Positions 10,147 to 21,130 of a stretch of 64,000 bases of DNA are shown in pieces. The position numbers were made by a program, and so were the translations under genes. The notes beneath the pieces were generated by a model. That model was given only the letters and a program-made list of their open reading frames with translations. It was not told where the DNA came from and searched no databases. This DNA comes from Porticoccaceae bacterium (GTDB lineage: Bacteria > Pseudomonadota > Gammaproteobacteria > Pseudomonadales > Porticoccaceae). Positions within the stretch are counted from its first letter, which is position 1, and every line of letters begins with the position of its first letter. Location of the stretch: contig JBMZEV010000001.1 of NCBI GenBank assembly GCA_049615065.1, forward strand, positions 9,195-73,194, in the 5' to 3' direction.

Positions 10147-11487
10147 ATGCTGGATAAAGTGCTTATCGCCAACCGTGGCGAAATCGCCCTGAGAATACTT
10201 CGCGCCTGTAAGGAGCTTGGCATTCAAACAGTGGCTGTTCACTCCAAAGTCGATGCCGAACTAAAACATGTAAAGCTTGCGGATCAGGCAATCTGTATTG
10301 GACCTAACCCATCGCCACAAAGTTACCTCAACGTTCCGGCTATTATTAGCGCCATGGAAGTTACCGGGGCCCAGGCAGTTCATCCCGGCTATGGCTTTTT
10401 AGCTGAAAATGCTGACTTCGCCGAACAGGTTGAAGATAGTGGCTTCACCTTTATTGGCCCTAAAGCCGAAACCATTCGCACCATGGGCGACAAAGTTGCG
10501 GCTATTCAAGCGATGAAAGTCGCTGGTGTTCCCACCGTCCCCGGCTCAGATGGCCCGCTGTCAGAGGATCCAGATGAGTTGCGCGCTACCGCACAGCGGA
10601 TTGGCTATCCAGTGATCGTTAAGGCTGCTGCTGGTGGTGGCGGTCGTGGTATGCGTGTGGTTGAAAATGAAGAAAGTCTAATCAACTCTGTATCTATCAC
10701 CAAAACAGAGGCTGCGGCCGCTTTTGGCGATGGCACCGTTTATATGGAAAAATTCTTGCAAAACCCTCGCCATGTTGAGGTTCAGGTTCTGTCCGATGGT
10801 CAAGGTAATGCTATTCATCTGGGCGATCGCGATTGCTCATTGCAGCGTCGCCACCAAAAAGTCATTGAGGAAGCTCCTGCCCCTGGAATACCTGAAGAGG
10901 CTAGGCAGTCTGTGTTCGCAAGCTGTGTTGAAGCCTGTATACAGATGAATTATCGCGGTGCTGGGACGTTTGAATTCTTGTATGAAGATGGCCGCTACTA
11001 CTTTATTGAGATGAATACTCGTGTTCAAGTAGAGCATCCTGTTTCAGAGATGATTACTGGCGTTGATATTATTAAAGAGCAATTGACCATAGCCGGTGGT
11101 CAGCCGCTCAGCATCAAGCAGGAAGATATTGTATTCCGCGGTCATTCTTTTGAATGCCGTATCAATGCCGAAGATCCAAAATCTTTCTTGCCACAACCTG
11201 GCAAAATTGCCGCTTACCATGCGCCTGGCGGCAACGGCGTTAGGGTTGACTCTCATATTTACAATGGCTATACCGTTCCACCTAATTATGATTCTATGAT
11301 TGGTAAGGTTATTACCTACGGGCGCGATAGAAATTCTGCGCTTTCTCGTATGCGCAATGCACTGGATGAAATGCTTATTGATGGGATTAAAACCAATATT
11401 GAACTACATGCCGATCTTGTTCGCGATGAAGAGTTCAAAAAAGGCGGCGTTAATATCCATTATTTAGAGAAGAAACTCGGACTCTAG
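10147..11487 (+). CDS. accC: Biotin carboxylase
   Basis: [28 protein letters not shown] and [10 protein letters not shown] motifs. Confidence 0.98.
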   Translation: MLDKVLIANRGEIALRILRACKELGIQTVAVHSKVDAELKHVKLADQAICIGPNPSPQSYLNVPAIISAMEVTGAQAVHPGYGFLAENADFAEQVEDSGFTFIGPKAETIRTMGDKVAAIQAMKVAGVPTVPGSDGPLSEDPDELRATAQRIGYPVIVKAAAGGGGRGMRVVENEESLINSVSITKTEAAAAFGDGTVYMEKFLQNPRHVEVQVLSDGQGNAIHLGDRDCSLQRRHQKVIEEAPAPGIPEEARQSVFASCVEACIQMNYRGAGTFEFLYEDGRYYFIEMNTRVQVEHPVSEMITGVDIIKEQLTIAGGQPLSIKQEDIVFRGHSFECRINAEDPKSFLPQPGKIAAYHAPGGNGVRVDSHIYNGYTVPPNYDSMIGKVITYGRDRNSALSRMRNALDEMLIDGIKTNIELHADLVRDEEFKKGGVNIHYLEKKLGL

Positions 11488-11544
11488 CTGGCTTCCACAT
11501 TGTGCATAAATAATAGCTGCACAAACAAAAAGTGAGTGCTTACT

Positions 11545-12444
11545 ATGGATTCAAGCCAGTGGATACATCTAAATATTGAAGCAAGCCCCCAGCAAATAGA
11601 ACATATTGAAGACGCCGTTCTAGAGGCTGGGGCAGTTTCAGTGACGCTGCAAGATGCTGCAGACCAACCCATCTTGGAACCCGGCGTTGGCGAAACTCCA
11701 TTGTGGGATAGCTGTATTCTGACAGCGCTTTTCCCCGCCTCAATCGACACCCATACAACCGAACAGCAGATTCAGTCGAACCTGCCATTTTCAATGCGCT
11801 CATCTTGGGATTTGGTGGAAGATAAAGACTGGTCTCAAGAGTGGAAAAAGCACTTTAAGCCTATTGCCTGCAGTGATGGACGGTTGTGGATATGTCCAAG
11901 CTGGATCGATGCACCCGAACCAGATGCGGTTAATCTTCGTCTTGACCCGGGTTTAGCCTTCGGCACTGGCAGTCACCCCACCACCATGCTATGTCTTAAC
12001 TGGCTAGAAAAACAAACTGTTGAAGGAAAAACATTGATCGATTTTGGTTGTGGTTCAGGTATTTTGGGTATCGCCGCCCTGCTATTGGGGGCTGAAAAGG
12101 TCTGGGCTATAGACAATGATCCTCAAGCCCTGTTGGCTAGTCGGGATAATGCTCAGCGCAATGGTATTAAAGATAATCGACTAATTACATTGCTTCCCGA
12201 GCAGATTCCAGCCGAGGCTAAAGCAGATATTATGCTGGCCAATATTCTGGCAAAACCGCTAATTGATTTAGCACAGCAGATCAGCGAACTTACTCTAAGC
12301 CAAGGTCAGCTTTGTCTTTCAGGCATTCTTAGCCATCAAGTTGATCAGGTGTCAGGGGCTTACATTGATCAGTTTACTTTTGCTTCACCAGTGATTGATG
12401 ATAACTGGGTGCAACTATCGGCTGTAAAAGCCTTATCGCGCTAA
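11545..12444 (+). CDS. prmA: Ribosomal protein L11 methyltransferase
   Basis: DPGLAFGTGSHPTT, DFGCGSGIL and ANILA motifs; start may be 11536 (GTG) or 11545 (ATG). Confidence 0.96.
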   Translation: MDSSQWIHLNIEASPQQIEHIEDAVLEAGAVSVTLQDAADQPILEPGVGETPLWDSCILTALFPASIDTHTTEQQIQSNLPFSMRSSWDLVEDKDWSQEWKKHFKPIACSDGRLWICPSWIDAPEPDAVNLRLDPGLAFGTGSHPTTMLCLNWLEKQTVEGKTLIDFGCGSGILGIAALLLGAEKVWAIDNDPQALLASRDNAQRNGIKDNRLITLLPEQIPAEAKADIMLANILAKPLIDLAQQISELTLSQGQLCLSGILSHQVDQVSGAYIDQFTFASPVIDDNWVQLSAVKALSR

Positions 12445-12472
12445 TTCAAAAAGATTCACTTATTTTTTAATT

Positions 12473-12515
12473 GATCACTTTTTAATCAACTCGGTTAGGA
12501 GTATGATTGCACCCC
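12473..12515 (+). promoter_or_regulatory. dusB-fis promoter with overlapping Fis box
   Basis: GATCACTTTTTAATC (12473-12487) fits Fis consensus GNNYA-N5-TRNNC over the -35 zone; -10 TATGAT at 12502-12507 followed by GC-rich tgcacccc discriminator. Confidence 0.55.
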
Positions 12516-12591
12516 TCGCCAAATGGATCTTGGTTTTTTAACTTAAATACTTACTAACCCAGAATTTAACTAAAAATAGCGAAGATTTTAT

Positions 12592-13578
12592 TTGTTTACT
12601 ATTGGCCCCTATCAAATCAACGGAAAAACCATTCTGGCGCCTATGGCCGGAGTGACTGACCTGCCCTTTAGACAGCTATGTCGAGAGATGGGTGCAGGGC
12701 TTGTGGTTTCCGAAATGGTGGCCTCTGACCCAACTACCTGGTCAACTCGAAAATCCCGCCTACGTATTCAATTTGGCGATGAGCCTTCGCCTAAATCGGT
12801 TCAAATCGCTGGCTATGATCCGCAGATGATGGCTGAGGCAGCGCAGTTTAATGTGGCTCAGGGCGCCGAAATTATTGATATCAATATGGGCTGTCCAGCG
12901 AAAAAAGTGTGTAAGCGTGCAGCGGGCTCTGCGCTTTTGAGAGACCCTGAATTAGTTGAGCAAATCCTAACCGCGGTAGTAGCTGCGGTTGACGTTCCGG
13001 TTACTTTAAAAATTCGTACTGGCTGGGATCGTCAAAATCGCAATGCTACAGAAATTGCCAAAATTGCCGAGCAATCAGGTATTCAGGCGTTAGCTATCCA
13101 TGGACGCACTAAGGCCTGTCGATTTGTTGGCGAGGTTGAGTATGACAGTATCGCTAAGGTAGTTGATGCTATTTCTATTCCGGTATTTGCCAATGGTGAC
13201 ATCACCTCAGCCAATCAAGCTGAAGCGGTGTTGAATAAGACCGGTGCTAGCGCGGTGATGATTGGCCGCGGCGCTCAGGGAAATCCGTGGATTTTTCAAC
13301 AAATTAATCATTACCTTGAGCATGGCGAATTACTACCAGAGCCGACTCTTGAGCAGGTGGGCAAGGTTATGATTAGGCATCTCAGTGAACTGCATGAATT
13401 TTATGGTGAGGTTGGTGGCGTTCGCATTTCTAGAAAACATATCGGCTGGTATAGCCGCTGGCTAGATAATGGCAAAGCCTTTACTAAACTATTTAACCAA
13501 CACGAGACTCGATTGCAACAGCAACAACAGCTCTGTGAATTTTTCTCAAAATGTCCAACTCAGGAGCGAGCTGCATGA
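12592..13578 (+). CDS. dusB: tRNA-dihydrouridine synthase B
   Basis: LAPMAGVTD, DINMGCPAKKV and IHGRT motifs; upstream of fis; TTG start. Confidence 0.96.
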   Translation: MFTIGPYQINGKTILAPMAGVTDLPFRQLCREMGAGLVVSEMVASDPTTWSTRKSRLRIQFGDEPSPKSVQIAGYDPQMMAEAAQFNVAQGAEIIDINMGCPAKKVCKRAAGSALLRDPELVEQILTAVVAAVDVPVTLKIRTGWDRQNRNATEIAKIAEQSGIQALAIHGRTKACRFVGEVEYDSIAKVVDAISIPVFANGDITSANQAEAVLNKTGASAVMIGRGAQGNPWIFQQINHYLEHGELLPEPTLEQVGKVMIRHLSELHEFYGEVGGVRISRKHIGWYSRWLDNGKAFTKLFNQHETRLQQQQQLCEFFSKCPTQERAA

Positions 13579-13871
13579 TCTCAGAAATAAATGATACTGA
13601 TAATTTTGAAGAGCCTGCAGTAGAAATAACTGAAATTGCGCAACAACAGTCATTGCGCGATCATGTAGCCGATTCAATGCAGCGTTATTTTCACGATTTG
13701 GATGGCCAAGACACCAAGGAACTATACAACCTTGTTATGGCCGAAATAGAACCTCCTTTGCTTGAAGCTGCAATGAAATATACACGTAATAACCAGAGCA
13801 AAACTGCCGCACTACTTGGCCTTAACCGCGGCACTTTGCGCAAGAAATTAAAACAGTACAACCTTCTTTAA
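13575..13871 (+). CDS. fis: DNA-binding protein Fis
   Basis: TRNNQSKTAALLGLNRGTLRKKLKQY HTH; ATGA overlap with the dusB stop. Confidence 0.96.
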   Translation: MISEINDTDNFEEPAVEITEIAQQQSLRDHVADSMQRYFHDLDGQDTKELYNLVMAEIEPPLLEAAMKYTRNNQSKTAALLGLNRGTLRKKLKQYNLL

Positions 13872-13886
13872 ATATCCGAGGATTAA

Positions 13887-15461
13887 ATGAGCGAATTAAG
13901 AAAAATTTCCCGTGCCCTAATAAGCGTGTCAGATAAAACTGACATTGTTGAGTTTGCCCGCACACTCGATGGTCAAGGCGTAGAGATACTCTCTACCGGC
14001 GGTACTTTTAAACTGCTTAAAGAGCAGGGAATTCAGGTGGTTGAAGTTTCGCAATACACAGGCTTCCCAGAAATGATGGACGGTCGTGTAAAAACGCTTC
14101 ACCCTAAGGTTCATGGCGGCATTTTAGGGCGTCGAGGAACCGACGAGAAGGTGATGGATGAGCACGGCATCAAAGCCATTGATATGGTTGTGGTTAACCT
14201 TTATCCCTTTGCGGCAACAGTGGCTGACCCAAATTGTGAATTACCTACGGCTATTGAAAATATTGATATTGGCGGCCCTACCATGGTTCGCTCAGCGGCT
14301 AAAAATCATCGCGATGTAGCGATTGTGGTCAATGCTAGCGATTACCAAACTGTAACCGAAGAAATGCAAGCTAATCAGGGTCAATTGGGCTATGAAACTC
14401 GCTACCAACTTATGGTTAAAGCGTTTGAACATACCGCGGCTTACGATGGCATGATTGCTAACCATTTTGGTCGTCGAGACACTAGCAACCAAGCGCGTGA
14501 TTTTTCCAACACCTACAATGTGCAATATGTAAAAACCCAAGAGATGCGCTATGGCGAAAATCCGCATCAAAAGGCTGCTTTTTACACCGAAGAAAACCCA
14601 ACGGATGCCAGTGTTTCTACGGCAGTACAAATTCAAGGCAAAGAACTTTCCTTTAATAATATTGCCGATACAGATGCGGCCCTGGAAACAGTCAAACAAT
14701 TTGATGAGCCTGCCTGTGTCATTGTTAAGCATGCCAACCCCTGTGGCGTTGCTGTAGCTGTAGATATTGCAACAGCTTATGAGCTGGCTTTTGCCACAGA
14801 TCCAGAATCAGCATTTGGCGGCATTATTGCTTTTAACCGCGAATTGGACGCCACAGCTGCTGCCGCAATTTGCGATAAGCAATTTGTTGAGGTGATTATT
14901 GCGCCCTCTATTGCTGAAGATGCAAAAGCGGTTGTTAGTGCCAAGAAAAATGTGCGATTACTTGAATGTGGCATGTGGAGCGATCAACGTCCACAGGACT
15001 TTGATTACAAACGCGTGAATGGCGGCCTGTTAATTCAGGAGCGCGATAATGGCATGATTGATGCCGATGACTTAAAAGTGGTCAGTGAAAGAGTGCCTTC
15101 TGAGCAAGAAATGAAGGATATGTTGTTTGCTTGGAAAGTAGCGAAAATGGTTAAATCTAACGCCATTATCTATGCTAAAAATAATCAAACTATCGGCGTT
15201 GGTGCCGGCCAAATGAGCCGCATTAACAGTGCGCGAATTGCCGCTATCAAAGCTGAGCATGCCAACCTTGAAGTCAAGGGTGCAGTTATGGCTTCAGATG
15301 CTTTCTTCCCCTTCCGTGATGGTATAGACAATGCTGGCGAAGCCGGTATTAGCTGTATTATTCAGCCTGGCGGATCCATGCGCGATGACGAAGTCATTGC
15401 TGCGGCCAATGAGCACGGTATGGCAATGGTATTTACTGGTATGCGTCACTTCCGCCACTAA
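13887..15461 (+). CDS. purH: Bifunctional AICAR transformylase/IMP cyclohydrolase
   Basis: [25 protein letters not shown] and C-terminal TGMRHFRH. Confidence 0.98.
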   Translation: MSELRKISRALISVSDKTDIVEFARTLDGQGVEILSTGGTFKLLKEQGIQVVEVSQYTGFPEMMDGRVKTLHPKVHGGILGRRGTDEKVMDEHGIKAIDMVVVNLYPFAATVADPNCELPTAIENIDIGGPTMVRSAAKNHRDVAIVVNASDYQTVTEEMQANQGQLGYETRYQLMVKAFEHTAAYDGMIANHFGRRDTSNQARDFSNTYNVQYVKTQEMRYGENPHQKAAFYTEENPTDASVSTAVQIQGKELSFNNIADTDAALETVKQFDEPACVIVKHANPCGVAVAVDIATAYELAFATDPESAFGGIIAFNRELDATAAAAICDKQFVEVIIAPSIAEDAKAVVSAKKNVRLLECGMWSDQRPQDFDYKRVNGGLLIQERDNGMIDADDLKVVSERVPSEQEMKDMLFAWKVAKMVKSNAIIYAKNNQTIGVGAGQMSRINSARIAAIKAEHANLEVKGAVMASDAFFPFRDGIDNAGEAGISCIIQPGGSMRDDEVIAAANEHGMAMVFTGMRHFRH

Positions 15462-15469
15462 AAATCGCT

Positions 15470-16921
15470 TTATACTGGCGCTTTAATAAGCTTAAACTCT
15501 TCCAATGCCAATTCACGAGATTGCTTGATATCTACAATTGGCATTGGATAATTTTCCCCAAGCTCAATTTTAGCCGCGTGTAAAACCTCTGCCGGCGCCA
15601 TCCAAGGCGCATGAATATATTTGGCCGGCAAACCCGCCAATTCGGGCACAAACTGACGAATATAGTCGCCCTGCTTATCAAACTTTTCACTTTGAGTAAT
15701 TGGATTAAATATCCTGAAAAATGGCGCCGCATCAGCGCCACAACCTGCCACCCATTGCCAGCTAGCGCTATTACTTGCTAAATCCGCATCGACTAAACAG
15801 TCCCAAAACCATCTAGCACCCTCACGCCAATGTATTAGTAGATTCTTGACTAAAAAAGAACCCACAACCATACGTACCCTGTTATGCATATAGCCGGTGC
15901 TATACAGCTCTCGCATACCAGCATCTATTAATGGATAACCTGTTTGCCCGGTCTGCCACGCGCTTAGCGATGGTCCACTATCGACCGCCCAGCCAAAATT
16001 ATCAAATTTTGCCTGTAAGTTTGTATCTGGGAGCTTTGGAAAGTGATACAGCAGATAGTATGAAAATTCACGCCAACCAAGTTCGCTTAAGAATACCCCA
16101 ATATTATCTTCATCTGCGGAGATAGGGCCTTGCTCCTTCGCTCTATGCCATGCGCTATTGGGAGATAGTAGACCAAAATGAAGGTATGGGGATAGTCGCG
16201 ACACATGCGCCTTACTTGGGAAGTTTCTTCCCTCTCGATAGTCGGCAATCCCCTGATTTAGAAAGCTATCTAAAGCGCTGTCTGCGGCTTTCTCATCAAC
16301 TGTCCAAATTTGCTGCATTGTACTGTCCCATTTTATTTTAGGCAGTAAATTTAGGTTATTTAATGTAAGTGAGCATTCACTTTTCTCAGGGGAAGCAATG
16401 TTTTTTGGGATCGATAATGGCTTTCTTGGCGGCGTATGACCTAGGCAGCCACGCCTATAATAGGGGGTAAATACCTTATAGGGGGTCTGGTCATTTTTTA
16501 AAATCTCCCAAGGCTCCCAAAGCAGTGAGCCATTAAAACTTTTAACCCCTAGCCCCAAATTTTTTAAATCGCTTTTAAGCTGAGTATCTCGCTTTAATCG
16601 CCAAGGCTCATAGCAGCGGTTCCAATACACTGCTTTAGCATTAAAAACCTCTGCTAAATGAGAAAGACACTCCAGCGGCTCGCCCGAAAAAATATTTAAT
16701 TTGTTATGCAGTGATTTATTCAATGATTCCAGTGCATGATGAAGCCACCAACGGCTAGCGCCGCCCATTGACCATTCGCCAGCAGAAGCATCATCTAAAA
16801 TATATACAGGAATTATGTTGCCCGACTCACAGGCATGCCAGAGTGCGGGATTGTCAGCAAGACGCAAGTCTTGCCTGAACCAAACGATTATTGGCGATGC
16901 TTGATTTACATTTGATTCCAT
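15470..16921 (-). CDS. phr: Deoxyribodipyrimidine photolyase (CPD photolyase, class I/III-like)
   Basis: [40 protein letters not shown] and [20 protein letters not shown] motifs. Confidence 0.94.
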   Translation of the reverse strand: MESNVNQASPIIVWFRQDLRLADNPALWHACESGNIIPVYILDDASAGEWSMGGASRWWLHHALESLNKSLHNKLNIFSGEPLECLSHLAEVFNAKAVYWNRCYEPWRLKRDTQLKSDLKNLGLGVKSFNGSLLWEPWEILKNDQTPYKVFTPYYRRGCLGHTPPRKPLSIPKNIASPEKSECSLTLNNLNLLPKIKWDSTMQQIWTVDEKAADSALDSFLNQGIADYREGRNFPSKAHVSRLSPYLHFGLLSPNSAWHRAKEQGPISADEDNIGVFLSELGWREFSYYLLYHFPKLPDTNLQAKFDNFGWAVDSGPSLSAWQTGQTGYPLIDAGMRELYSTGYMHNRVRMVVGSFLVKNLLIHWREGARWFWDCLVDADLASNSASWQWVAGCGADAAPFFRIFNPITQSEKFDKQGDYIRQFVPELAGLPAKYIHAPWMAPAEVLHAAKIELGENYPMPIVDIKQSRELALEEFKLIKAPV

Positions 16922-16954
16922 GGACTTCTGCCTGTTCTAATCATCACCCAATGC

Positions 16955-16981
16955 TACGCACTCGGTTTTACGATTGGATTA
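16955..16981 (-). promoter_or_regulatory. Candidate RpoE/ChrR-type (ECF11) promoter for photolyase
   Basis: Minus strand TAATCC-N17-CGTA, close to the gammaproteobacterial TGATC(C)...CGTA motif; -10 lies about 33 nt upstream of the phr ATG. Confidence 0.5.
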
Positions 16982-17062
16982 ATCATGGTTTTTTATTCCA
17001 ATCACCTATTACTCTGCTACAATTCGGTGCTTAAAATTAACCTAACATTAAAGCTTGTCTAA

Positions 17063-18370
17063 ATGAATATATTAGTAATTGGCTCTGGCGGCCGTGAACA
17101 TGCATTAGCATGGAAAGCATCACAATCTTCAAAGGTAGAAACTGTATTCGTTGCTCCCGGTAATGCCGGCACAGCAATCGAAACAGGACTTGAAAATGTC
17201 GCCATTGGCGCGGATGATTTTGCAGCCCTGGCTGAGTTTGCTCAGGCTAATAATGTTGGTTTGACCATTGTTGGTCCTGAACAACCCTTAGTTGACGGCG
17301 TTGTAGATTTCTTTAACGACAAACAATTAGCCATTTTTGGCCCATCTTCTGGTGCCGCCCAACTCGAAGGCTCCAAGTCTTTTACTAAAGATTTTTTAGC
17401 GCGACACCATATACCCACTGCTGAATACGAAACCTTTACTGAAGTAGAGCCGGCACTGACTTATCTCAACCAAGTAGGCGCGCCCATTGTGGTTAAAGCC
17501 GATGGTTTAGCCGCTGGTAAAGGGGTTATTGTTGCTATGGATTTACAGCAGGCTGAAGAGGCTGTCCGCGATATGCTGGCAGGCAATGCCTTTGGCGAAG
17601 CCGGTCACCGAGTGGTTATTGAAGAATTTCTTGATGGTGAAGAAGCAAGCTTTATTGTTATGGCCGATGGAGTCAATATTCTACCTATGGCAACCAGCCA
17701 AGATCATAAGCGCGTGGGCGCTGGCGATACTGGCCCTAATACGGGCGGCATGGGGGCTTACTCTCCTGCTCCTGTGGTTGATGATGCTATCTATCAGCGC
17801 ATTATGGATGAAGTGATTTACCCAACGGTTAAGGGCATGGCAGATGAAGGAAATACCTATACTGGCTTTTTATATGCTGGCTTAATGATTATGGCCGATG
17901 GCACACCGAAGGTAATCGAATATAACTGCCGTTTTGGCGATCCAGAAACTCAACCCATTATGCTTCGCATGCAATCTGACTTAGTGGATCATTGCCTCGC
18001 AGCTATAAACGGTGAGCTCGACACCCAGCAAACAACATGGGACCCTCGCCCTTCTGTCGGCATTGTGCTTGCGGCTGGAGGCTACCCTAACGGTTACAAT
18101 AAGGGGGATATTATTTCTGGATTACCTGATCTAAGCCCAAGCGAATCTGACGCTTTAATCTCAGAAAAGGTTTTCCATGCGGGCACCCAAAAGATTGATT
18201 CAAATATCTGCACTAATGGCGGCCGCGTTCTTTGCGCTACGGCTCTAGGCGGCACAGTACTAGAGGCTCAGCAACAGGCATACAAGTTAGCCTCATCTAT
18301 TAGTTGGGATGGCATGTTTTTTCGCGATGATATTGCATGGCGTGCAATCCTTCGGGAACAAAAAAAATAA
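17063..18370 (+). CDS. purD: Phosphoribosylamine-glycine ligase
   Basis: [32 protein letters not shown] and RFGDPETQ motifs; own extended -10 TGcTACAAT at 17015-17023. Confidence 0.98.
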   Translation: MNILVIGSGGREHALAWKASQSSKVETVFVAPGNAGTAIETGLENVAIGADDFAALAEFAQANNVGLTIVGPEQPLVDGVVDFFNDKQLAIFGPSSGAAQLEGSKSFTKDFLARHHIPTAEYETFTEVEPALTYLNQVGAPIVVKADGLAAGKGVIVAMDLQQAEEAVRDMLAGNAFGEAGHRVVIEEFLDGEEASFIVMADGVNILPMATSQDHKRVGAGDTGPNTGGMGAYSPAPVVDDAIYQRIMDEVIYPTVKGMADEGNTYTGFLYAGLMIMADGTPKVIEYNCRFGDPETQPIMLRMQSDLVDHCLAAINGELDTQQTTWDPRPSVGIVLAAGGYPNGYNKGDIISGLPDLSPSESDALISEKVFHAGTQKIDSNICTNGGRVLCATALGGTVLEAQQQAYKLASSISWDGMFFRDDIAWRAILREQKK

Positions 18371-18396
18371 ACAGGGTCGCAATGCGATAAATATTT

Positions 18397-19122
18397 ATGT
18401 CTGATTTGGCTTTTTTTCGCAACGACCTTCCCTTTAGTGCCTACAGCACTAGCCATTCAGTAGTCATGCTTATCGCTGTTGCATTGATAGCTTTAATTTT
18501 TGTTGCAAATAAAAAGTTAAACTATCAGCAAAACCTATTAATTGGTCGCTCACTTTCACTACTTTTAGCGCTAACGGTAGTGGTCTATACGATTTTTGAA
18601 ATTGTTTTCGGGCGATTTACTATTGCCGAAGATCTGCCACTGTCCACCTGTAATCTTTTCTGTATTTTGGCGCCATGGCTATTTTGGCGGCCAAATTTTA
18701 AATTTTTTGTTGTGGTGTATTTTTTAGTCATGGCGGGCACCTTGCAGGCAGTTATAACGCCTGATCTTTATAGAGGTTTTCCAAGTTATGGCTTTTTTAA
18801 ATATTGGATAACCCATGTTGGATTAGTTCTTTTAGTGATCCATTATCTCGTTTGCTTCGAACTCTATCCAACAGCTAAAAGTATGTTATCGGCTTTTGCA
18901 TGGCTTAATATATATGTATTGGCACTACTTCCGATCAATTTTCTGTTAGGTGCCAATTATTTTTATTTGATGGCAAAACCCATTAACCCTTCTGTGTTGG
19001 ACTATTTTGGCCCCTGGCCGATTTATATCTTAGTAGCAGAATTATTGGTGATGGGATTTTTTGCTATCGCCATGTTGCCGGTTATACTAGTTAAGAGAAC
19101 AGCGACAAATAGTTTAAGCTAA
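18397..19122 (+). CDS. TIGR02206/YwaF (TMEM164-like) integral membrane protein
   Basis: Multi-TM; [26 protein letters not shown] and GPWPIY motifs. Confidence 0.8.
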   Translation: MSDLAFFRNDLPFSAYSTSHSVVMLIAVALIALIFVANKKLNYQQNLLIGRSLSLLLALTVVVYTIFEIVFGRFTIAEDLPLSTCNLFCILAPWLFWRPNFKFFVVVYFLVMAGTLQAVITPDLYRGFPSYGFFKYWITHVGLVLLVIHYLVCFELYPTAKSMLSAFAWLNIYVLALLPINFLLGANYFYLMAKPINPSVLDYFGPWPIYILVAELLVMGFFAIAMLPVILVKRTATNSLS

Positions 19123-19141
19123 ACCTTCAGGCAAAACATTA

Positions 19142-19786
19142 ATGGCTCAAAGACAACTTTCAATGCTCGATAGACTTCTGGAACAAATTGATTCTGGATT
19201 GCGCACCTCATTTGGCAATGCTCCGCAGCCAAATCGAGCATCCCCTGCTCAAAGCTTGGAAGAGCCTGAACTAACTGATCAACAGCGTCAGCACGCCATT
19301 GGGCTAATGCGCGTTAACCACGCCGGTGAGATATGTGCCCAAGCCCTTTACCAAGGTCAGGCATTGACTGCCAAGCTCCCACAAGTTGGCGACAAAATGC
19401 GTGCGTCGGCAGAAGAGGAAATTGATCATTTGGCTTGGTGCGAACAGCGCATTCATGAACTCGGCGGCAAAACTAGTGCCCTTAACCCTGCCTGGTATGC
19501 GATGTCATTTGCTCTGGGTGCAGGTGCAGGCCTTGTAAGCGATAAATTGAGTTTAGGCTTTGTCGCTGCAACAGAGGATCAAGTATGTAGCCATCTTGAA
19601 AAGCATCTTGATGAACTTCCCATCGAAGACAATAAGAGTCGCTCAATTGTTGAGAAGATGCTGGTAGATGAGGCCCAACATGCTGAGTCAGCCCTAGCCG
19701 CCGGCGGACATAGGTTCCCAAAACCTGTAAAAACACTGATGACCTTTGTTTCATCAGCCATGACTAAGAGTAGCTATAAACTATAG
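19142..19786 (+). CDS. coq7: Demethoxyubiquinone hydroxylase Coq7 (di-iron)
   Basis: [31 protein letters not shown] and DEAQH motifs. Confidence 0.94.
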   Translation: MAQRQLSMLDRLLEQIDSGLRTSFGNAPQPNRASPAQSLEEPELTDQQRQHAIGLMRVNHAGEICAQALYQGQALTAKLPQVGDKMRASAEEEIDHLAWCEQRIHELGGKTSALNPAWYAMSFALGAGAGLVSDKLSLGFVAATEDQVCSHLEKHLDELPIEDNKSRSIVEKMLVDEAQHAESALAAGGHRFPKPVKTLMTFVSSAMTKSSYKL

Positions 19787-19787
19787 C

Positions 19788-20774
19788 TTAGCTATTTTTA
19801 CTAGAGATACTCTCTCTGTCTGCATCAAGGTCTTGCTGCCAGCCATTTATTAATTGCACTATCTGGTTTGATACCCAGCTGTGAATAGGTGAACTGGCTG
19901 TTCTGTTATGCTGTAAAAGCGCCATTGGAATTGTGCCCACATGAGGTAATCCCGACGGGTAGCGCTTTCGAACAATGCGATACATTTCACGGTCTAATGC
20001 CATACCATACTTAGCCGCAACCATCAGGCAGTCAGTACCACAAACAGTTTCCATCGCAGTCATTAGCTGATTGGTGACCAACGCTTTTTTGCGCTTTCTT
20101 CCCAAGTCTCTTAGCGCCTTATCAAATCGTGCATCAGTTCGGGCACTAACCCGCTTGGCAATCAACAAGTAATACTGCACAAAGGGATATTCTAAGATTT
20201 CGTCGAGGGTCACCTGATCTTTTTGGGATAGGGGGTGTCCCTCTCTCATCCAAATAGAAGGGGTAAAAATAGCTAGTCTTTTAGAGGAAATGTCTTCACT
20301 AACGCCTCGCTCAACATCAATCGCAAAATCCAAAACGCCTTCAGCCAATTCACCCTCTACAGAATCAGTTTCACTGGATATTGATAATATGACATTGGGC
20401 GCGTGCTCGGTAAATACACGAGTCAGCTCTGAAACTAATGAAATTGCAACAAATTCTGGCACGGCAATATTAATTTCCCCCACATAGGTAGCAGGATCAA
20501 ATTCACCCTCACTGACCATTTCAAGCACCGTGTCTAGGAGGCTAGGAAGTCGGATTTGCAGCTCTCTCGCTCTTGGTGTTGGCACTAACTCGTTGCCAGT
20601 TCTGGTAAACAGCGGGTCCTCTAACTGATCTCGCAACCGCTGTAAAACTCTACTCATAGCAGGCTGCGTTATAAATAACCGCTCCGCTGCCTTAGTCACA
20701 CTTTTTTCTTCCAGTAGTGCCTGAAGGGAAACCAATAAATTTAAATCCAATCGAGATAGTCTTTGAAGATTCAT
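19788..20774 (-). CDS. LysR family transcriptional regulator (NodD/LeuO/YidZ-like branch)
   Basis: LDLNLLVSLQALLEEKSVTKAAERLFITQPAMSRVLQRLR HTH plus DPLFTR; strong AGGAGG RBS. Confidence 0.93.
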   Translation of the reverse strand: MNLQRLSRLDLNLLVSLQALLEEKSVTKAAERLFITQPAMSRVLQRLRDQLEDPLFTRTGNELVPTPRARELQIRLPSLLDTVLEMVSEGEFDPATYVGEINIAVPEFVAISLVSELTRVFTEHAPNVILSISSETDSVEGELAEGVLDFAIDVERGVSEDISSKRLAIFTPSIWMREGHPLSQKDQVTLDEILEYPFVQYYLLIAKRVSARTDARFDKALRDLGRKRKKALVTNQLMTAMETVCGTDCLMVAAKYGMALDREMYRIVRKRYPSGLPHVGTIPMALLQHNRTASSPIHSWVSNQIVQLINGWQQDLDADRESISSKNS

Positions 20775-20791
20775 AGTCGCCTCCTATGGTT

Positions 20792-20857
20792 ATTACCAAA
20801 ACGCATAATAATAATGCAAACAATGCATTAGAATTATGACATGAAGCGCCTTATAGT
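20792..20857 (+). promoter_or_regulatory. Promoter P1: two LysR-type boxes plus sigma70 -35/-10
   Basis: ATTACCAAAACGCAT (20792-806), 7 bp, ATGCAAACAATGCAT (20814-828), TAGAAT, 17 bp, TATAGT (20852-857). Confidence 0.7.
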
Positions 20858-20864
20858 ATCAACC

Positions 20865-21042
20865 ATAAAGCAATGGCAGATCAGCTTAAAGATTTAAACG
20901 TTTTGCGCTAAAAGCAAATAGCGAAAAACTTAAGGCAGTCTAAAAGTTAAGAACTAAGATGCCAAAGAATGCGGTATGAAACAAACCCCTCTTAATCCTT
21001 GCTAAAGGATTTTTTTAGGACCCTCCCAGGGTCCTTTTTTTT
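20865..21042 (+). ncRNA. Candidate small RNA 1 (about 178 nt) divergent from LysR
   Basis: Promoter P1 upstream; long 5' rod (ATA/TAT, TGGCA/TGCCA, CTTAA/TTAAG, GTTTT/AAAAC, CGCTA/TAGCG); CAAACCCCTCTT; hairpin AATCCTT/AAGGATT; U tract; terminator. Confidence 0.7.
21017..21042 (+). terminator. Intrinsic terminator of candidate sRNA1
   Basis: AGGACCCT-CCC-AGGGTCCT followed by a T run; no annotated + strand CDS upstream. Confidence 0.85.
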
Positions 21043-21057
21043 ACCCGCGAACAGGTC

Positions 21058-21123
21058 ATAACAAAATGTAATGGCTATTATGCGTTAAATGCATTGGATT
21101 AATATCAATCGCGACATTAAAGT
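21058..21123 (+). promoter_or_regulatory. Promoter P2: same architecture as P1
   Basis: ATAACAAAATGTAAT (21058-072), 7 bp, ATGCGTTAAATGCAT (21080-094), TGGATT, 17 bp, TAAAGT (21118-123). Confidence 0.7.
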
Positions 21124-21130
21124 GCTCGCC

